DNA of 64,000 nucleotides from Geosiphon pyriformis uo1 (GCA_016748015.1 JAAOMT010000381.1:1-64000), one strand, 5' to 3'. Shown: positions 25,668 through 38,800, numbered from the stretch's first letter. Translations and numbers: made by a program. Notes: generated from the letters alone by a model not told the origin.

Positions 25668-28600
25668 GTGTTTAATGTCTATAAATTTACAATTAAAATT
25701 TTTGTATTTAAAATATACAGAATCAAAAATAAACAACTTGCTAATTTAAGAGATAATCTATTTTTGACTATGTTATAAATAGAATTCTATTAGGTGAAAC
25801 AATCCAAAATAAGTTTATAGTATTTAATTTAACATGCATTACAGATATATTAAAAAAGCTTAAAAACATTGGAGCAAGATTTAAATTGCAAAGTTTATAT
25901 TAAAAAAATTTTAAATAAATATATTTAGTTTGAATTTTTAACAAATATTTTAGAAATATTATTTTTTATTTTATTTAAGACTGTCTGTACTGCCAAATTT
26001 AGAATATGATTAAAGCATTAAAATTAAAAGTTTTCCAAGTTTTATTAAATGTTTTTCTCTTCTAATTTTTTTGTTAATTTTCTTATAAAAGTATTATTAT
26101 TTGAGGATAATAGCAAAAAACTGTTAAAAAAATTAAATTATAATTAATAAAATTAATAACAAATTCATATAAAAAGAGAGTAAATATAACTCTTTTTTAA
26201 TTTTTTTGGCTGAAAATTCAACTTAAAACAATTATAAAAACCACTTAAGTTAATATTAAAAAAACACAGTTTTTAATAATATAAGCACTGTAGTAATTTT
26301 AGTCTTAGATAATACTAATATATTACATAGTATGCTAATTTTATTATTGGCTATTAACTAACTCAAATTCATATAAGAATATATATACATATTTTTGATG
26401 TAATTCTATAATCTTTTAATATTTTAAAAAATTCATTTACAAAATTTATTTTATTATTTTGTCTACTCATTAAACCAAAATTAATTATTGTTTGTTAAAG
26501 ATCTTAATTGTTATTAATATAATAAGTAATAATGAAAACAAAAGCTTTATTATTGAAAAATGTCCAAAAATCTAATATAAAAAAAATTTGAACTTAATAA
26601 TACCTAAGTATATTTATTACATTATAAATATAAGTAAAAGAAAAAAAATATTTCATAATAAAAATAGTGCTTACTTTTAATTTTTGTTTACTTAAGACAT
26701 AAAGTTCTATGATTTTATTTTTAATTATATTTATATAAACAAGTTAAGAAGTAAAATTTAAATATTGAAATATTTTAATAATTCCGAGTTTTTTATTGTA
26801 AGAAGTAGTTGTTGGTAATTAATAAGCCAAATAATAATTATGTTATAAAGTTTTCATTATTAATATTAATAATAGTTATTATAGAAAGTTAAAACAATTT
26901 TCTAGTTAGATTGACCAAAAATCATAAAAAATAGCAATCTTGTTAAAATATTTCTTTAATTAACTTGTAATCTTTTTAGACATTTTGTTTTTTTTTATAA
27001 TATTCTTTTGTTGTAACATATATTGTTTGGTAGAAAGTTTCTAAATGATGTTATAAGAGTTTAATAATACTTATAGTTTTACAAGAAAATGGTTTATGCA
27101 CATATTTTATGACTGTATATTTAGCTGTTTTTTTTCTTTTGTCTATTTAAACTTATCAAAATAGTTATATACTTTATTTTAAAAATTATTTTTACCAAAT
27201 ATATTAATATTTAGACTATTTGAATTATTAAATTTTATTATTTTAAATTTTAAATTTTTGATAATATTAGATGATGCTAACAATAAATTCATTTTAATAA
27301 GTTGAAGAGTAAAATTGTTATATATACATAATTTTATATATATTTTTAACTAATTATAATAATTAAACAAAGTAATAATTGATAAACAAGTAATACAAAT
27401 TATATTTTTTTTAATTTTATTGAACTTAAAAAAGTTTGTAAACTTCAAACCAGACTTGAACCAAATTCAAACTTGTTAAAAAGATTCAATACTAAACTTA
27501 AACAACATCTAAAGTTCAATTTAATTTGATTCAATCGGAATTCTATAATAATTTATTCTTGAACTATTATTAATATTAGTCTTATTATTCTTAAATAATA
27601 TAATTCATATAGGTCTTTTTCATTTATTAAGTACTATAATTACAAGTAGTTTATTAACTCCAACTAATTTAAATTTTTCTACAAAATTTAGCTTAAATAC
27701 CAGCTAAAAGCCAGAGATTAAGAATTATGCACATACAACAAAACTAAAAATCAGCAATGATTATGCATTAACTAATTCTTAATACTTTGAATCAATTATT
27801 AAAATCATGTTAATAGAATTTGGAAAATAAGTATATCCAAAACCTAAATTCTCAGAGCTACTTAAATTTTTTGATCATTTTAAAAAACAACTTATTTAAT
27901 AACTTAAAAATTCAAAAACCACTTATCAACAACATTTTATTAGTTATTATTACAGAAAACCAATTACTTGCCACTATTTTTCTATTTGAATTTAAAGACT
28001 TAGTAGAAATCTTATTATTTAGTAGAACCACTTTTAATATCAAACTAATTACTACTATATACATAAATATAAAAGTTGATAGTTATTTTATCAAGTTAAT
28101 CTTTAATAGTGGTTCAACAAACAATATTATTACATAACAACTTTTAGATTAATTAGATTATTAAGTTAATTGTACTGTTAGTGTCAAAATTATTACTGTT
28201 AATAGAACAACAAAAACTTTTATCAATAAAATTAATAACTTTTTGTTTAAAGTTAATGAAATTATTATACTAATTAAAATTTTGATAATAAAAACCATAT
28301 AATACCAAGCTCTTATTAATAATAATTGGCTCTTTGAAATTAATACAGTTCTTAATTAGAATATTTAAGAGTTCTAATTCAATTATAATAATTAGCACAT
28401 TCAAATTTCAGCTATTTGTTATTATTTTAAAACTACTATTAACATCTAATCATTAATAAAGTTTGAGAAAAAAAATTTATTTGGGAAGCATACCAAGTCT
28501 TATAAACCAAAAAAAACTACAATAAGTTATTATCAATATCTACATGGGAAGAAAAAAAAAAGAGAAAAAAATAATCTTGAAATTACTATCTTTACCTATA

Positions 28601-29539
28601 CTACATATATAACTACTTTTACAAATAAAATAATTAACAGTTAGTATGTTTTATATTTAATATTGAAGCTTAAGAAAACAACTATTTTATATTTTATTCA
28701 AATACAAAAATTATAACAAAAAGCTTTTATTTATAAAAACTTGTATATTACTAAAAAAAAATATAAAATACATATATGTTACTACTGTAAAATATGCTAC
28801 CAAAAACACTTTAGACAACTAAACCAACAAAGAAAGTAGAACAACAAATTTTGTTTAATGTATGAAAATATTTTTTCAAACAAAAAAATATAAAACAACA
28901 TTTTTGGTTATAGAAAAATATATAACAAATTGTATTAATACACAATCTTTATTAATAATTGAATAAACAAAAAAATGCTCTTAAATACTATGTAAAATAG
29001 AGTTCTTTTATGTCTAGACAGTTATTTACATGATAAAAATAAGATCTGAAAAATAATAACCACTAAAATTAAAGATGTATTTTAAGAAAAATATTAGAAA
29101 TTAAAAACAACTTACCAAAATTTGTTGAACTTATTTTTATTTTAAATTCAAATATCTTTATTGATATTATAACTGATTTAGAACAATTCTATGAATATTA
29201 CCAAAAGTTGGTATTTACTTGAAAAAAACAAGAACAGTATTTAAAGCAATTAAATATTAGACTCTATAAATATTATTTAATTTCTAATAACTTTGAATAT
29301 AAGTATAATTTTATTTACAATCTATTATTACACATAATCTATTTAATCTTTAAAAAAGAAAAACCAATCAGTAAATACATCTTAGAATTAAAATCAGTAA
29401 TCAGTTACAATTCAGACTCTAATAATAATAACAATAACAATTCCAATATCATCTATAATAACAATAGCAATAGCAATTTCAATGCCAATTCAAATTCTAA
29501 ATATTATATCACACTTTTAGATCTTTCTATAAAGCAAAA

Positions 29540-29965
29540 ACCTAAATAATTCAGTAATAATAATAAGAATATTATGTTAAAATACATATATAATATTAAT
29601 ACAAAGTTTAATTTCAAATATCTTAAAAAAAAGACTATTATATTAGAATTTTACTTATGTATCAACATAAATCAAAAATAATACTAAAAGTTCAAACAAC
29701 AACAATAATTCAATTAGCATTCAAATTTAGTTTAGTAAAAAAAAAATTAGCATTAAAAGAAGAATAATTGACATAAAATATGTAAAAAATATCATTACAA
29801 TATTACAAAATAAATTAGAAAGAGCTTATACTATTAAACTTAATAAAAAATAGCACAAACAATATTTTTGTCTCTGGTAAAAATAGCTTAATTAGTATTA
29901 ATAAGAATAAAAAAAAATTAAGAATAACAACAAGAGAAATAAATAGATTTAAATCTATAGATAAA
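29540..29965 (+). pseudogene. dut: dUTPase of Gypsy A copy 2 (heavily decayed)
   Basis: YNINTKFNFKY...KEIIDIKYVKNIITILQN...KIAQTIFLSLVKIA; same position after the Cys-rich domain as in the other copies. Confidence 0.7.
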
Positions 29966-30719
29966 ATAAAAATATCTGTGAATATAATAGAAATAAAAAT
30001 AATTGATTAAGAAGAAATTATCTTTATCAATCAAACAATTTCTATTCTGTCATATAATTAATATATATTAAAAATAATAAAGAAAATAAAAAATCAATTA
30101 CAAATTTTTGAAATAGAACTTATTATTTACAAATTAAGAAAAATTGTTATTACCAATTTATATTTATTAGTTAAAAATTATAAATACATTTAAATTCTAA
30201 TTTATAATATAACAAAAAAAAACCAATTAGAATTATTATTAAGTATTTAAATACTAAAGTCAAAAATTTATTACCTATTACTGTTTTAGACTTTTTATAA
30301 TTATGTAAATATATAGATTTTATATTAAAAATAATATAGAAACAAAAAAAAATGCTATTTGCTATAATTAAAACAGTTAGAACAAATAAACTTAAAAAAT
30401 TTAGATCTATTCTAAAAGAATACAAATAATAAACTTTAACAAAAGCTTTCAAAATAGATAAAAGATAAAAAAATTAATAATTAATCATATAGTTTATATT
30501 AAGTAATATGTAAAAAACATTATTTTTATATTGGTTAAATTATTTAAACAATTATTAATTTATTTTTATGTTTAAATATAATAAATATAAAAAACTTTGT
30601 AATTGTTGACTTTTTATCTTATTAAATAGTATTTAAAAAAAAATTTTATGCAAATTTTTTTTTGAGTTTTTTTTAAACAATCAATTATACCAAAAAAATT
30701 TTTAATAACTTAAATATAA

Positions 30720-31300
30720 AATTAGCTAATAAAAAGCCAATCTAACAAAAAATTAAAAATAATAATAACCAGCAGCAAAACAAATTATAGCAATAAAATA
30801 ATTAACAATAATAGCAAAATAACTAATAACAAGATAATCAACAACAGTAAAAACAGCAAAATAATAAATAACAAGATAATTAATAGTAACAACAAAATAA
30901 TCAATAACAGCAACAAGATAACATATAACAAAATAATTAATAATAATAACAAAATAACAAACAACAACATAATTAGTAACAATAACAAAATAATATATAA
31001 CAAAATAACCAGTAGTAGTAACAAAATAATAGATAATAAAATAACTAACAGTAATAATAAGATAATATATAACAAAATAATTAGCAATAATAAGATAATA
31101 AATAACAAGATTATCAATAATGACAACAAGATAATTAGTAATAAAATAACCAACAACAATAATAAAATAATTAGTAATAAAATAACCAATTGTAATAACA
31201 AAATAATAAACAAGAAAATAATTAGCTGTAACAGTAAAATATTTAGTAATTACAATAAAATAATCAAGAGCAATAATAATAATTACTAAATTAATAATAA
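30720..31300. repeat. Degenerate minisatellite of mostly 15-21-bp units built on AAYAARATAA
   Basis: Many repeats such as aacaaaataattagc, aataagataatatat and aacaagataatcaac; unit lengths are multiples of 3. Confidence 0.8.
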
Positions 31301-31305
31301 TAATA

Positions 31306-33590
31306 TTTTTTTTTTATTAGAGTTTAACGAGCAAGACTCAACTATTATCTAATGCAATATGACTATGTAGGGTCTTAAATTAGATGTAGTTTACGCGTTT
31401 TCTACATGTAACCAGCTACTCAAGCCAGTTCAGGCTATACTATGTTGATGTATTAAAAAAAAACTTACCCAAAAATAACATCTTTTGAATAACCAAAAAC
31501 AGAGTCACACTACAAAGAACCAATTCAACCAGCCATTCAGCTGTTTTTAAGGTATTAGCTTTAATATTAATAGGCTTATGTTCCCAAAGGGACAACAAGT
31601 TAGAAAACACCTTATCATCCAAACCAACTGGATGCTCTGAATCACCAGACATATTAATATCCTCCATGCAGCATTCTTTTTTTAAAAAACCACTTCCCTT
31701 CCCAACTTATCAACAATTTTACTAAAAGAACCCATATGTATCATAACCTCATTGACCTTAAGGCCAAGTTTACTGCTTGAGACTGAATCCCTATTAATAA
31801 ATTGCTTAAACAATTTGACCAAAAAACCAACTGGTTTAACAATAGATTCAACTAAAATAAAAAGCTTAACCAAATCAAATTCCAAAGAAGCCAACCAGGA
31901 AGACACTAAGGAATTACCAACAACCATAGAAGAGGAAGTAGAAGCTGCCAAGAAAGGAAACTCAGATGAATCCAAGGAAGCAAAAGCTTTTGTATAAGAA
32001 ACACCACCCACAAAACAAGACTTGAAAATCTTGAGAATCTTGGAAGTAGGAGGTAAGGAAATCTTGCAATCTACAGCAAAATGGCCCATTTCTTGACACC
32101 TAAAACAGTGCTGGCAGCCAGGAGTTTCCCACCAGATATGGCATTTTCTTAGAGTACAAGTCTTAACTACAGCAGAATCTAAATTGCCTTAAGAGTCAAA
32201 TATAACCAAAGCAAATCGGAAATGACGACCAGAATTAGGAGAATGAGGGATGAAACATGTTTGACCACCAATCTGAGAAATCATATTACTGATTTTAAAG
32301 ATAGTACAGCCAAGGGAAAGGTTGACCAATTTGGCCTTAAACTTATCACAAGACAAAATAGTCTCATTTTGATTCACCAGAGAAAAGATTCTAACACTAT
32401 CCTTGCCCATCAAGACTGATCAATGCTTCAAGGCAGACACAGCAGAGTCTAACTTTTCAAAATAAACCACCACATACTGCCAAATACCAGCAGGCTTCAG
32501 CACAACATGAGTAACACTACCAAATACACTAAAAGCCAATTTAATGTCAGCAACAGACACACCCAAAAGTACATCATGCAGCACAACAGCAGCAGAAGAG
32601 AAACCAGATTCAGAAACCACCAAAGACTTGGCAATTTTGAGAGTGGCCAAATGAATAAAGCTTGTAAGCTCAACCAGAAACACAGTTTTCAAAGACTGTT
32701 AAGAAGCAAACTCCATACAGAAAAGCTTTACATTGTCTTTTGAAACAGATTTAGCAACTAAGAAACCATGCACAAACTGAAAAACAGTTTTAACATGAGC
32801 CAATTTGATCTTAAAAGTAGCACCAGGCACCAGAGTGGAGGCCATTTACTCAGCAAACCTTTGACAACTAGTAATAGTTTCCCAAGCACCATCAGAAGTA
32901 GCACCAGAAACTAGAGGAGGAGATGAATCAATTTCTATTTGATCAGCTCAGTTCCCAAGAACAGGTAACCCAACAGGAGGAAATTGTTTTGCTTCCACTA
33001 CTGGCAATGATCTGACGGAAGACACCACATTTGGCAACACAACCAGTAGTTGATTTTGGCCCATCTTAGATGATGTGCCAGATGATGCTATGGAGACTCA
33101 TCTAAGATCTCATTGGGAACCACAAAAGAGTTTGGTGTAATAATAGCAGAGGCAAGCGACTGCTCCCACTTTTCTGAACTTCTGGTCTTTTTGACCATTT
33201 TTTTTGAAGAGGTAGTGCTAGAAGCACCAGGTGTTAAATCTATAGAGGGGAAGACCAGCTTATTTACTGGTCTATTATTAAAAACTTTTGGACTCTTGGT
33301 TGGAGTGGAGACAACATTGGGACTAACCCAGGTGTGTCTCTTTGAGGGGACTTTGACTGGTGAAAAACCAGCCAAAGATGAGGAAGTTGCTTCAGTGGCT
33401 ACCAAAAGCAGCTTATCATGATTACTGGGTAAGAGAAAGGCTTCTAAAACGTTTTGCCTAGTGGTTTTTACAACAAAGAGAGCTTCTCTGGTTGAAATTT
33501 TATTAGATATCTCAGGACAGATATCAGGTGCAGCTTTTTTATTCTTTGTTTTAGTCGTGGTTATAAAATTAAGGAGACAAAGAGTTTTTA
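31306..33590 (-). mobile_element. ORF1-only non-autonomous LINE derivative (HAL1-like) with LINE 3' UTR and poly(A)
   Basis: ORF1 (33564-31440) runs straight into a 3' UTR (31439-31318) homologous to those of LINE copies 1 and 2, then a poly(T) tract on plus; no APE/RT/RH sequence; clearly more GC-rich than its neighbours. Confidence 0.8.
31440..33564 (-). pseudogene. LINE-type ORF1/gag-like protein (~700 codons; 2 frameshifts, several stops) with RRM-like region and CCHC knuckle
   Basis: AVVLHDVLLGVSVADIKLAFSVFGSVTHVVLKPAGIWQYVVVYFE; intact knuckle CFRCQEMGHFAVDC (~32066-32107); start codon appears decayed to ATA. Confidence 0.8.
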
Positions 33591-36544
33591 AATTTTTTTA
33601 TTAATAATATAATTTAATAAATAATATTGAAAAAAAATCAAATTATAAATAAAAAACCAAGCAATCTCTTAAAAAATATTGATACTTATTTTAATAAGTT
33701 TTATATTTTTTTGTTATAATTTCAAAAAACAAAGTAATATTTTTTATTACTTGTACTTTTTAATATTATTTATATTAATCTTAATAATATTATAATAATT
33801 AGAATAATATACTCACTAATTATTATAAAATTAAATATTTTATGTGAATCAGAATTTCAAAAATTGATTATTTAAATACTAATAAAAAGTTTTTGTTTGT
33901 AAAGTAATTAGAATTGTTAATAAAATATTATATAAATTTTAATACAAGTTAAAAATATTAAAAAATTCTTACTCTATAATAGAATTAATATCTATTAAGA
34001 TTACTGATTTTTCAAAATTATGAAAAATATTAAATATTTTTATTTTTTTATGTAAAACAGCTTTATATTAAAGTCAGAAGAAAATAACAGATTATTAATA
34101 TAATTGTAAAGAAAATTATACAATTAATTATTATAATTACAAAAAAACCAAAGTTTTATATAATATATAATATTATAATAATAGTAGCAATACTTATAAA
34201 AATTAAAATAAATAATAAGAATTATTAGATATAATATTAAAAAAATATATCAAATATTAAAATTTTGATTTTTTTAATTGGTTAATAAAAAAAAACTTTT
34301 TACTGGCTAATTAACAAAATAATATAATTAGTTGAATTGATTTAAAATTGCAATATAATTTTTATGTGTATTTTTATTATTTTCTGTATTAATTATATAA
34401 TTTAAACTAATAAAATAAAAATAAAAATTCTTTTTTTTTGTTATTTAAAACCTCTTTTAATTTTAGCAGTTTTTGAAAAATAAATATTAATTATTAAATA
34501 AATAGTTTTTATTTTAATATTTAATATTATTATAAAAATTAAAATAATTATATTAGAACTATATTTTAGTTTTTATATAATTTTATAAATTTAAACTAAT
34601 TTTTTAATAAAATTAAAATTTGTTGGTTTATAATAATATGTTATTATATATTTTAAGGTTTTTATTTGTTTATAAAAAAAATAATATTAAAACTTTTTTT
34701 TTATTAATTAAAAAAAATTATTATTATTTTTTTGTTTTTTAATTTTAATTATTAATTAATAAAATTTGTAATTAAGAAATTAAATTTTTGATAAAGTTAA
34801 TTTTTTATTTTTTAATTACCAAAATAAATTATTATATAAATATTAAAAGCCATTTTGTTTTTTTAAAAACAAATACATATTTTCAAAACTATAAATGTTT
34901 ATGGTTTTAAAGATTTTAATTTAGTTATAAAAAGATGTATTATATATAAAGTATATAAAAAAAATAAGATAAAATCTTAAAAAATGTAACAAAAAAATAA
35001 ATGTGTATTTGTAAACTATTTTGGTAAAATAAAAAGACTTGGTGCTTTTTGGTTCAAAGAATTTTTTTAATTTATTGATTTAGATTTGGGTAATTGGTTA
35101 TGTGCTAAAACCATATAAATTGTACTTATTTGTAAAATTGTTTAGATTTATATATGTAGAAAACAGTAAAATTACATTTTGTAAAAGCTTTTAAAAAAAT
35201 TTAGCAAAATAATTGTTAAATTTCGATTTAATTTAACAAAATTAAATTTAAACTAAAAATAAATAGATCAAGTTGTGTAATTAATTTGATTAATTTGAAT
35301 TAAATTTTTTAAAATTCTTTTATAAAATTCAAAAATATCACTTTTAAAAATATTTTTTAATATTTTGAATATAAAAAACATATTAGTTCTAAAAGTATTA
35401 AATTAAATAATAACATTGAAAAAAGTTATATATAAAACAATTTAATATTGTTTTTAGTAATTAATTTTAGATTAACAAAGTAAAAACCAACTGGAATGCA
35501 AACTTATTTTCTTATTAATAGTATTTTTAAGTATTTGATACAATATTGATAAAAAAATTAAATTTGGATGAAAAACTAAAAAATAATTGGTCTTTAAAGT
35601 TGATATTAAAATTTCAAAGTTTTTAAATAGCATTGAATTATTGCTTTTGAAATAGATGACAAATGAATATTCTGTAAATTTTTGTCTGTAATGAGTGTTG
35701 CTGTTGGAAAAAAAAGGGTTGTAATATTTTAATTTTGCTTAATCAAGCAAACAATCTCACTATAAAAAATTGTGGTTTAAAATTTAATATTAGCTACTAA
35801 ATCATCACAAAAAATTTTTTTAAGGCAAAAAATCTCTGAAAATGGAATTTCCATAATTATTAGCATAAAACATTCTTGTAGGATAAAATTTTTCTTCATC
35901 CCTATCTCAATTTCGAGTTAAGATGGCTATTTTCTAGAAATTTGTTAAACCGAAAATGCCTTAATCGATTTAAAGCATAGTCGGATAAGAATATTTTTCA
36001 GAAATCCTTTGAAAAAAAAAGGAATTTTATTTCAATAAATTTGTTGTGGTTTTTTATGTAAAATAAAAAGAATCCATATTTTTATCCTTAAATTGAAATG
36101 ATATAATTTTCAGTCATCTTTCAATGATCAAAATAAATACATGATTTTTTTTGCTTTATTGGAGTTAGTTTTATAAAAAATATTTTTGTTAATTGATGTT
36201 TCACCATATCTTTTTTTTTTTTTTGCATTTCAGTAATTATCAAGAATCATTTTTTATTAACACTTTAGAATTTATATTTTTAATTATAATTGATTGAAAG
36301 TAAACCAAATTAATGTTAATCCAAAAAATTAGATATCTGGTAAACAAATTTTTCATTAAATAAAAATATAATATATATATCCATGATATTAATATGTGTA
36401 TAAAAATTTTTCAATGATATGCTAATATTTTGTCAGCTCTCAATTCAAAAGAAGAAATTAAGGATCTGTTAATATTTTTTAACAAATACAAAGAAAAAAA
36501 TAAAAAATAAAAAATTTTTTAAAGGTTTTTCAGAAAAATCTTTT

Positions 36545-36815
36545 ACCATTTACAAAACAGCGTGTTTATTCGTAAGAGAGATATTGCTGTTTCAACAAAA
36601 TAATACACTAATTCATGGTTTGCAAAGAAAAATTGAAACTATGGATTGGCCAGTAATCTCCTCCGACCTTAATCCCATAAAAATAAATTAAAAATAATAT
36701 TCAGAAGCATGAAAACTTTCTGAAGACTGTAAGAGAACTTATGGCTGATCTAAGAGAGGAGTAAAAAAAATTTGGTAGTCCAAAACTTTTCAGGAAATTG
36801 TAGACTCAATTTTGT
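36545..36815 (+). mobile_element. Tc1/mariner transposase C-terminal fragment
   Basis: IETMDWP...SDLNPIKI (decayed WPxxSPDLNPIEN), followed by NNIQKHENFLKTVRELMADLREE*. Confidence 0.7.
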
Positions 36816-37308
36816 AATAATATAATTATTTTTTTTGGAACAAAACACCACAAAGCCATTACCGAACTCCGATCACTCTTGAAATTTGGAGTTAAACATT
36901 CCACATTATATCTTTTTCCTGTATGATGTCATACCATTATTGTTGTGATTTTTTTTCTGAAAAAATAACATCTCACCTATGATATATATCTTTGGTGATA
37001 TTTTCTTTACATCAAGTTACTTATTTAATTGCTTAATTTCTAAGACAATAATTTTTTTGCTGCTATTTTCTTGCATCGTAAAATACTGTCCTAGCTAATT
37101 TTAAAAGTGTACTTAAGCTCTAAATTGGTTTTTTTTTTATAGCTTTTCGTATAAGTACATTCTTTCGGACTGTGGTATTCTTGTTCCTTTTGTGTTTAGC
37201 TAGGAATTATTATATTGTTGTGAGGCGCACTTTTATTTCTTCACAACTTTCTTAACACTCATAATTTTGATAAGAGCTGGTATTTTCCTTCTTATTAATG
37301 TCTGTTTA

Positions 37309-37328
37309 ATGCATGCATGCATGCATGC
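37309..37328. repeat. (ATGC)5 microsatellite upstream of the gene
   Basis: atgcatgcatgcatgcatgc. Confidence 0.9.
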
Positions 37329-37845
37329 CATGTATTCATCAAACAAAATTTTGTCCAGCGTACGTTTAATAATAGAACAAGAAATGAGACCAGAAACAAT
37401 TCAAGTGTGAAAATTTTTTACTGATCTGATTTAGACACGTAAATTGGACGTTACTTCTGTACCTGGTTTTCCATTCTTATTATTGGAATTTAAAGTTTAT
37501 TAAATCCAAATATAAGTGATAATTTTTTTCTCAGTTATGTTATGTTATTGTTTCTAATGACTTACTTTAAAGTTTAATGAGCTGCATTAGTGCACACAGT
37601 TTTTTCACACACAATCAAAGCATATAAGGGCTTTATTCTATTCTATTGGAGGTAACAAGGAAACGAGTATTATGCTTAACAATATTAATAGCGTACAGGA
37701 CGCGAGTTAGTATGGCACCTCTCAGAAAACATTATATATAGAATATCTGGATGACGCGCGTAAAGAAGATTTTATTGTAGTTTTTACTCTTCACTATAAA
37801 GAAAAAAATTCTAAACCTATATATCTCCTGAAGAGAAAAGTAAAA

Positions 37846-38800
37846 ATGTATAAACTGAATCCTATAGTTTTAATAGCGACTCTTTTTGCTTTAAAGGTAA
37901 ACGTTAGTAAGAGCAGAGTAAAAAAGTGAATATATATTTTTCTTTTTAAGGGTAATATTAATGGATATTCTTCTTATCTTTTGAGCAGACTACTGAAGCA
38001 CAAAATTCTTTAATAACTGTTTCAACCATTCCCTCATCACAAACTTGGTATACCTGTAGTAATTCCACAACCGACAGAATAAGTAAGCAATATGATTCTT
38101 TTGATTTTAATGAATGAATAAATTCAATCATCTCAACAAAATTTTTATTGAAAAAATTTTATTATCAGACTATAACGTAACCTTGTTAGATGGTGAACTA
38201 CCACAAACCACCAATGATATCGGCAAAATAGACCCCGGTTACCCAACACATGCACCTGCTGGAGCAAGTCCAGGTTTTATCACGCTCGTAACAAACGAAA
38301 TTGATACCAAAAAGTATCTCGACCCAAATTTTACTGGTGAATTCATATATAAATTGGATGCATCATGCTATCAAATCAAGCCAATTGTTCCTGTTAAGAC
38401 TTGTAGAAAGAGTGGTCTTTTTATCGACCAACCTACTATATACTGCTTGGCAATTACTAATCCGATGGATCAGGCAATTACTTTCCTGTTGGATTTAAAA
38501 TTCAACACACTTGAAAACCATGATTATAAATCGAATAACACAGAGTCTAACAACACAGAGCCTATAACTGCAACTTCAGTAATAATTCGAGTTTTTAAAG
38601 AATCGGGCTCTAATTCAAATAAGAAAGTAATGATAATCGAAATAGTTGTTGGTACTATATTTGGACTTATACTTCTTTTAGGATGTGGCTTATTTTTTTA
38701 TCGCCGCTATTTTATGAGACGAGAAAATATGTCTCATAGAGTAGTTCAAAATCCGATAGATAATTCCATATTTCTATCAGAAGTTAGAAACTACGGATAA
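37846..38800 (+). CDS. Hypothetical single-pass type I membrane/cell-surface glycoprotein, 258 aa; exons 37846-37896, 37989-38082, 38169-38800
   Basis: Phase-compatible GT-AG introns (gtaaac...gcag; gtaagc...tcag); signal peptide MYKLNPIVLIATLFALKTTEA; 4 ectodomain Cys; sequons NST, NVT, NFT, NNT x2; TM IIEIVVGTIFGLILLLGCGLFFY followed by RR; CpGs retained; no internal stops. Confidence 0.88.

Larger units (their letters stand above)
12463..27545 (-). mobile_element. hAT-superfamily DNA transposon (decayed transposase on minus strand), interrupted by a full-length Gypsy
   Basis: Perfect 8-bp TSD TAATAATT (12455-12462 and 27546-27553); TAGAGTT/TAGAATT termini with subterminal short repeats; transposase remnants CFNHILNLAVQTVL (~25975-26020) and AKKKLIKYYFKTNTTVILYIILNSKRK (~13275-13355), an SLTxDIW-like remnant near 26560-26600 and a possible BED finger near 27000-27130. 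Confidence 0.85.
9035..30480 (+). mobile_element. Ty3/Gypsy family A copy 2 (5' LTR 9035-10671, PBS, gag, protease, Cys-rich domain, dUTPase; truncated before RT). Outermost shell of a nested stack
   Basis: LTR TGTTATTCAT...TGTAACA followed by PBS-like TAGTGCTTTCTGT. gag ~10700-12462 resumes at 27554 after the hAT insertion; protease IKLIFNSGSTNNIIT (~28090-28135); Cys-rich region ~28700-29330; dUTPase ~29540-29965. Confidence 0.8.

Noticed and set aside
30785-31213. 142-aa poly-Leu/Ile 'membrane protein' ORF
   Set aside because: Antisense reading of the triplet-phased A-rich minisatellite; no real protein complexity.
31752-33421. Plus-strand ORFs 31752-31997, 32222-32419, 32507-32743 and 33113-33421
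   Set aside because: Shadow frames opposite the LINE ORF1 on the minus strand.
31290-33610. ATTAATAATA on both flanks of the ORF1-only element as its TSD
   Set aside because: Low-complexity sequence that is expected by chance in these flanks; not claimed.
33600-35900. Possible further DNA transposon or MITE remains in extremely AT-rich DNA (also 8330-9030, 39000-41150, 50890-52700)
   Set aside because: Too decayed to define termini, TSDs or protein motifs by eye; left unannotated.
38114-38168. ATG at 38114 as the gene start (228-aa ORF)
   Set aside because: It lies inside predicted intron 2; the spliced model from 37846 gives a signal peptide and compatible phases.
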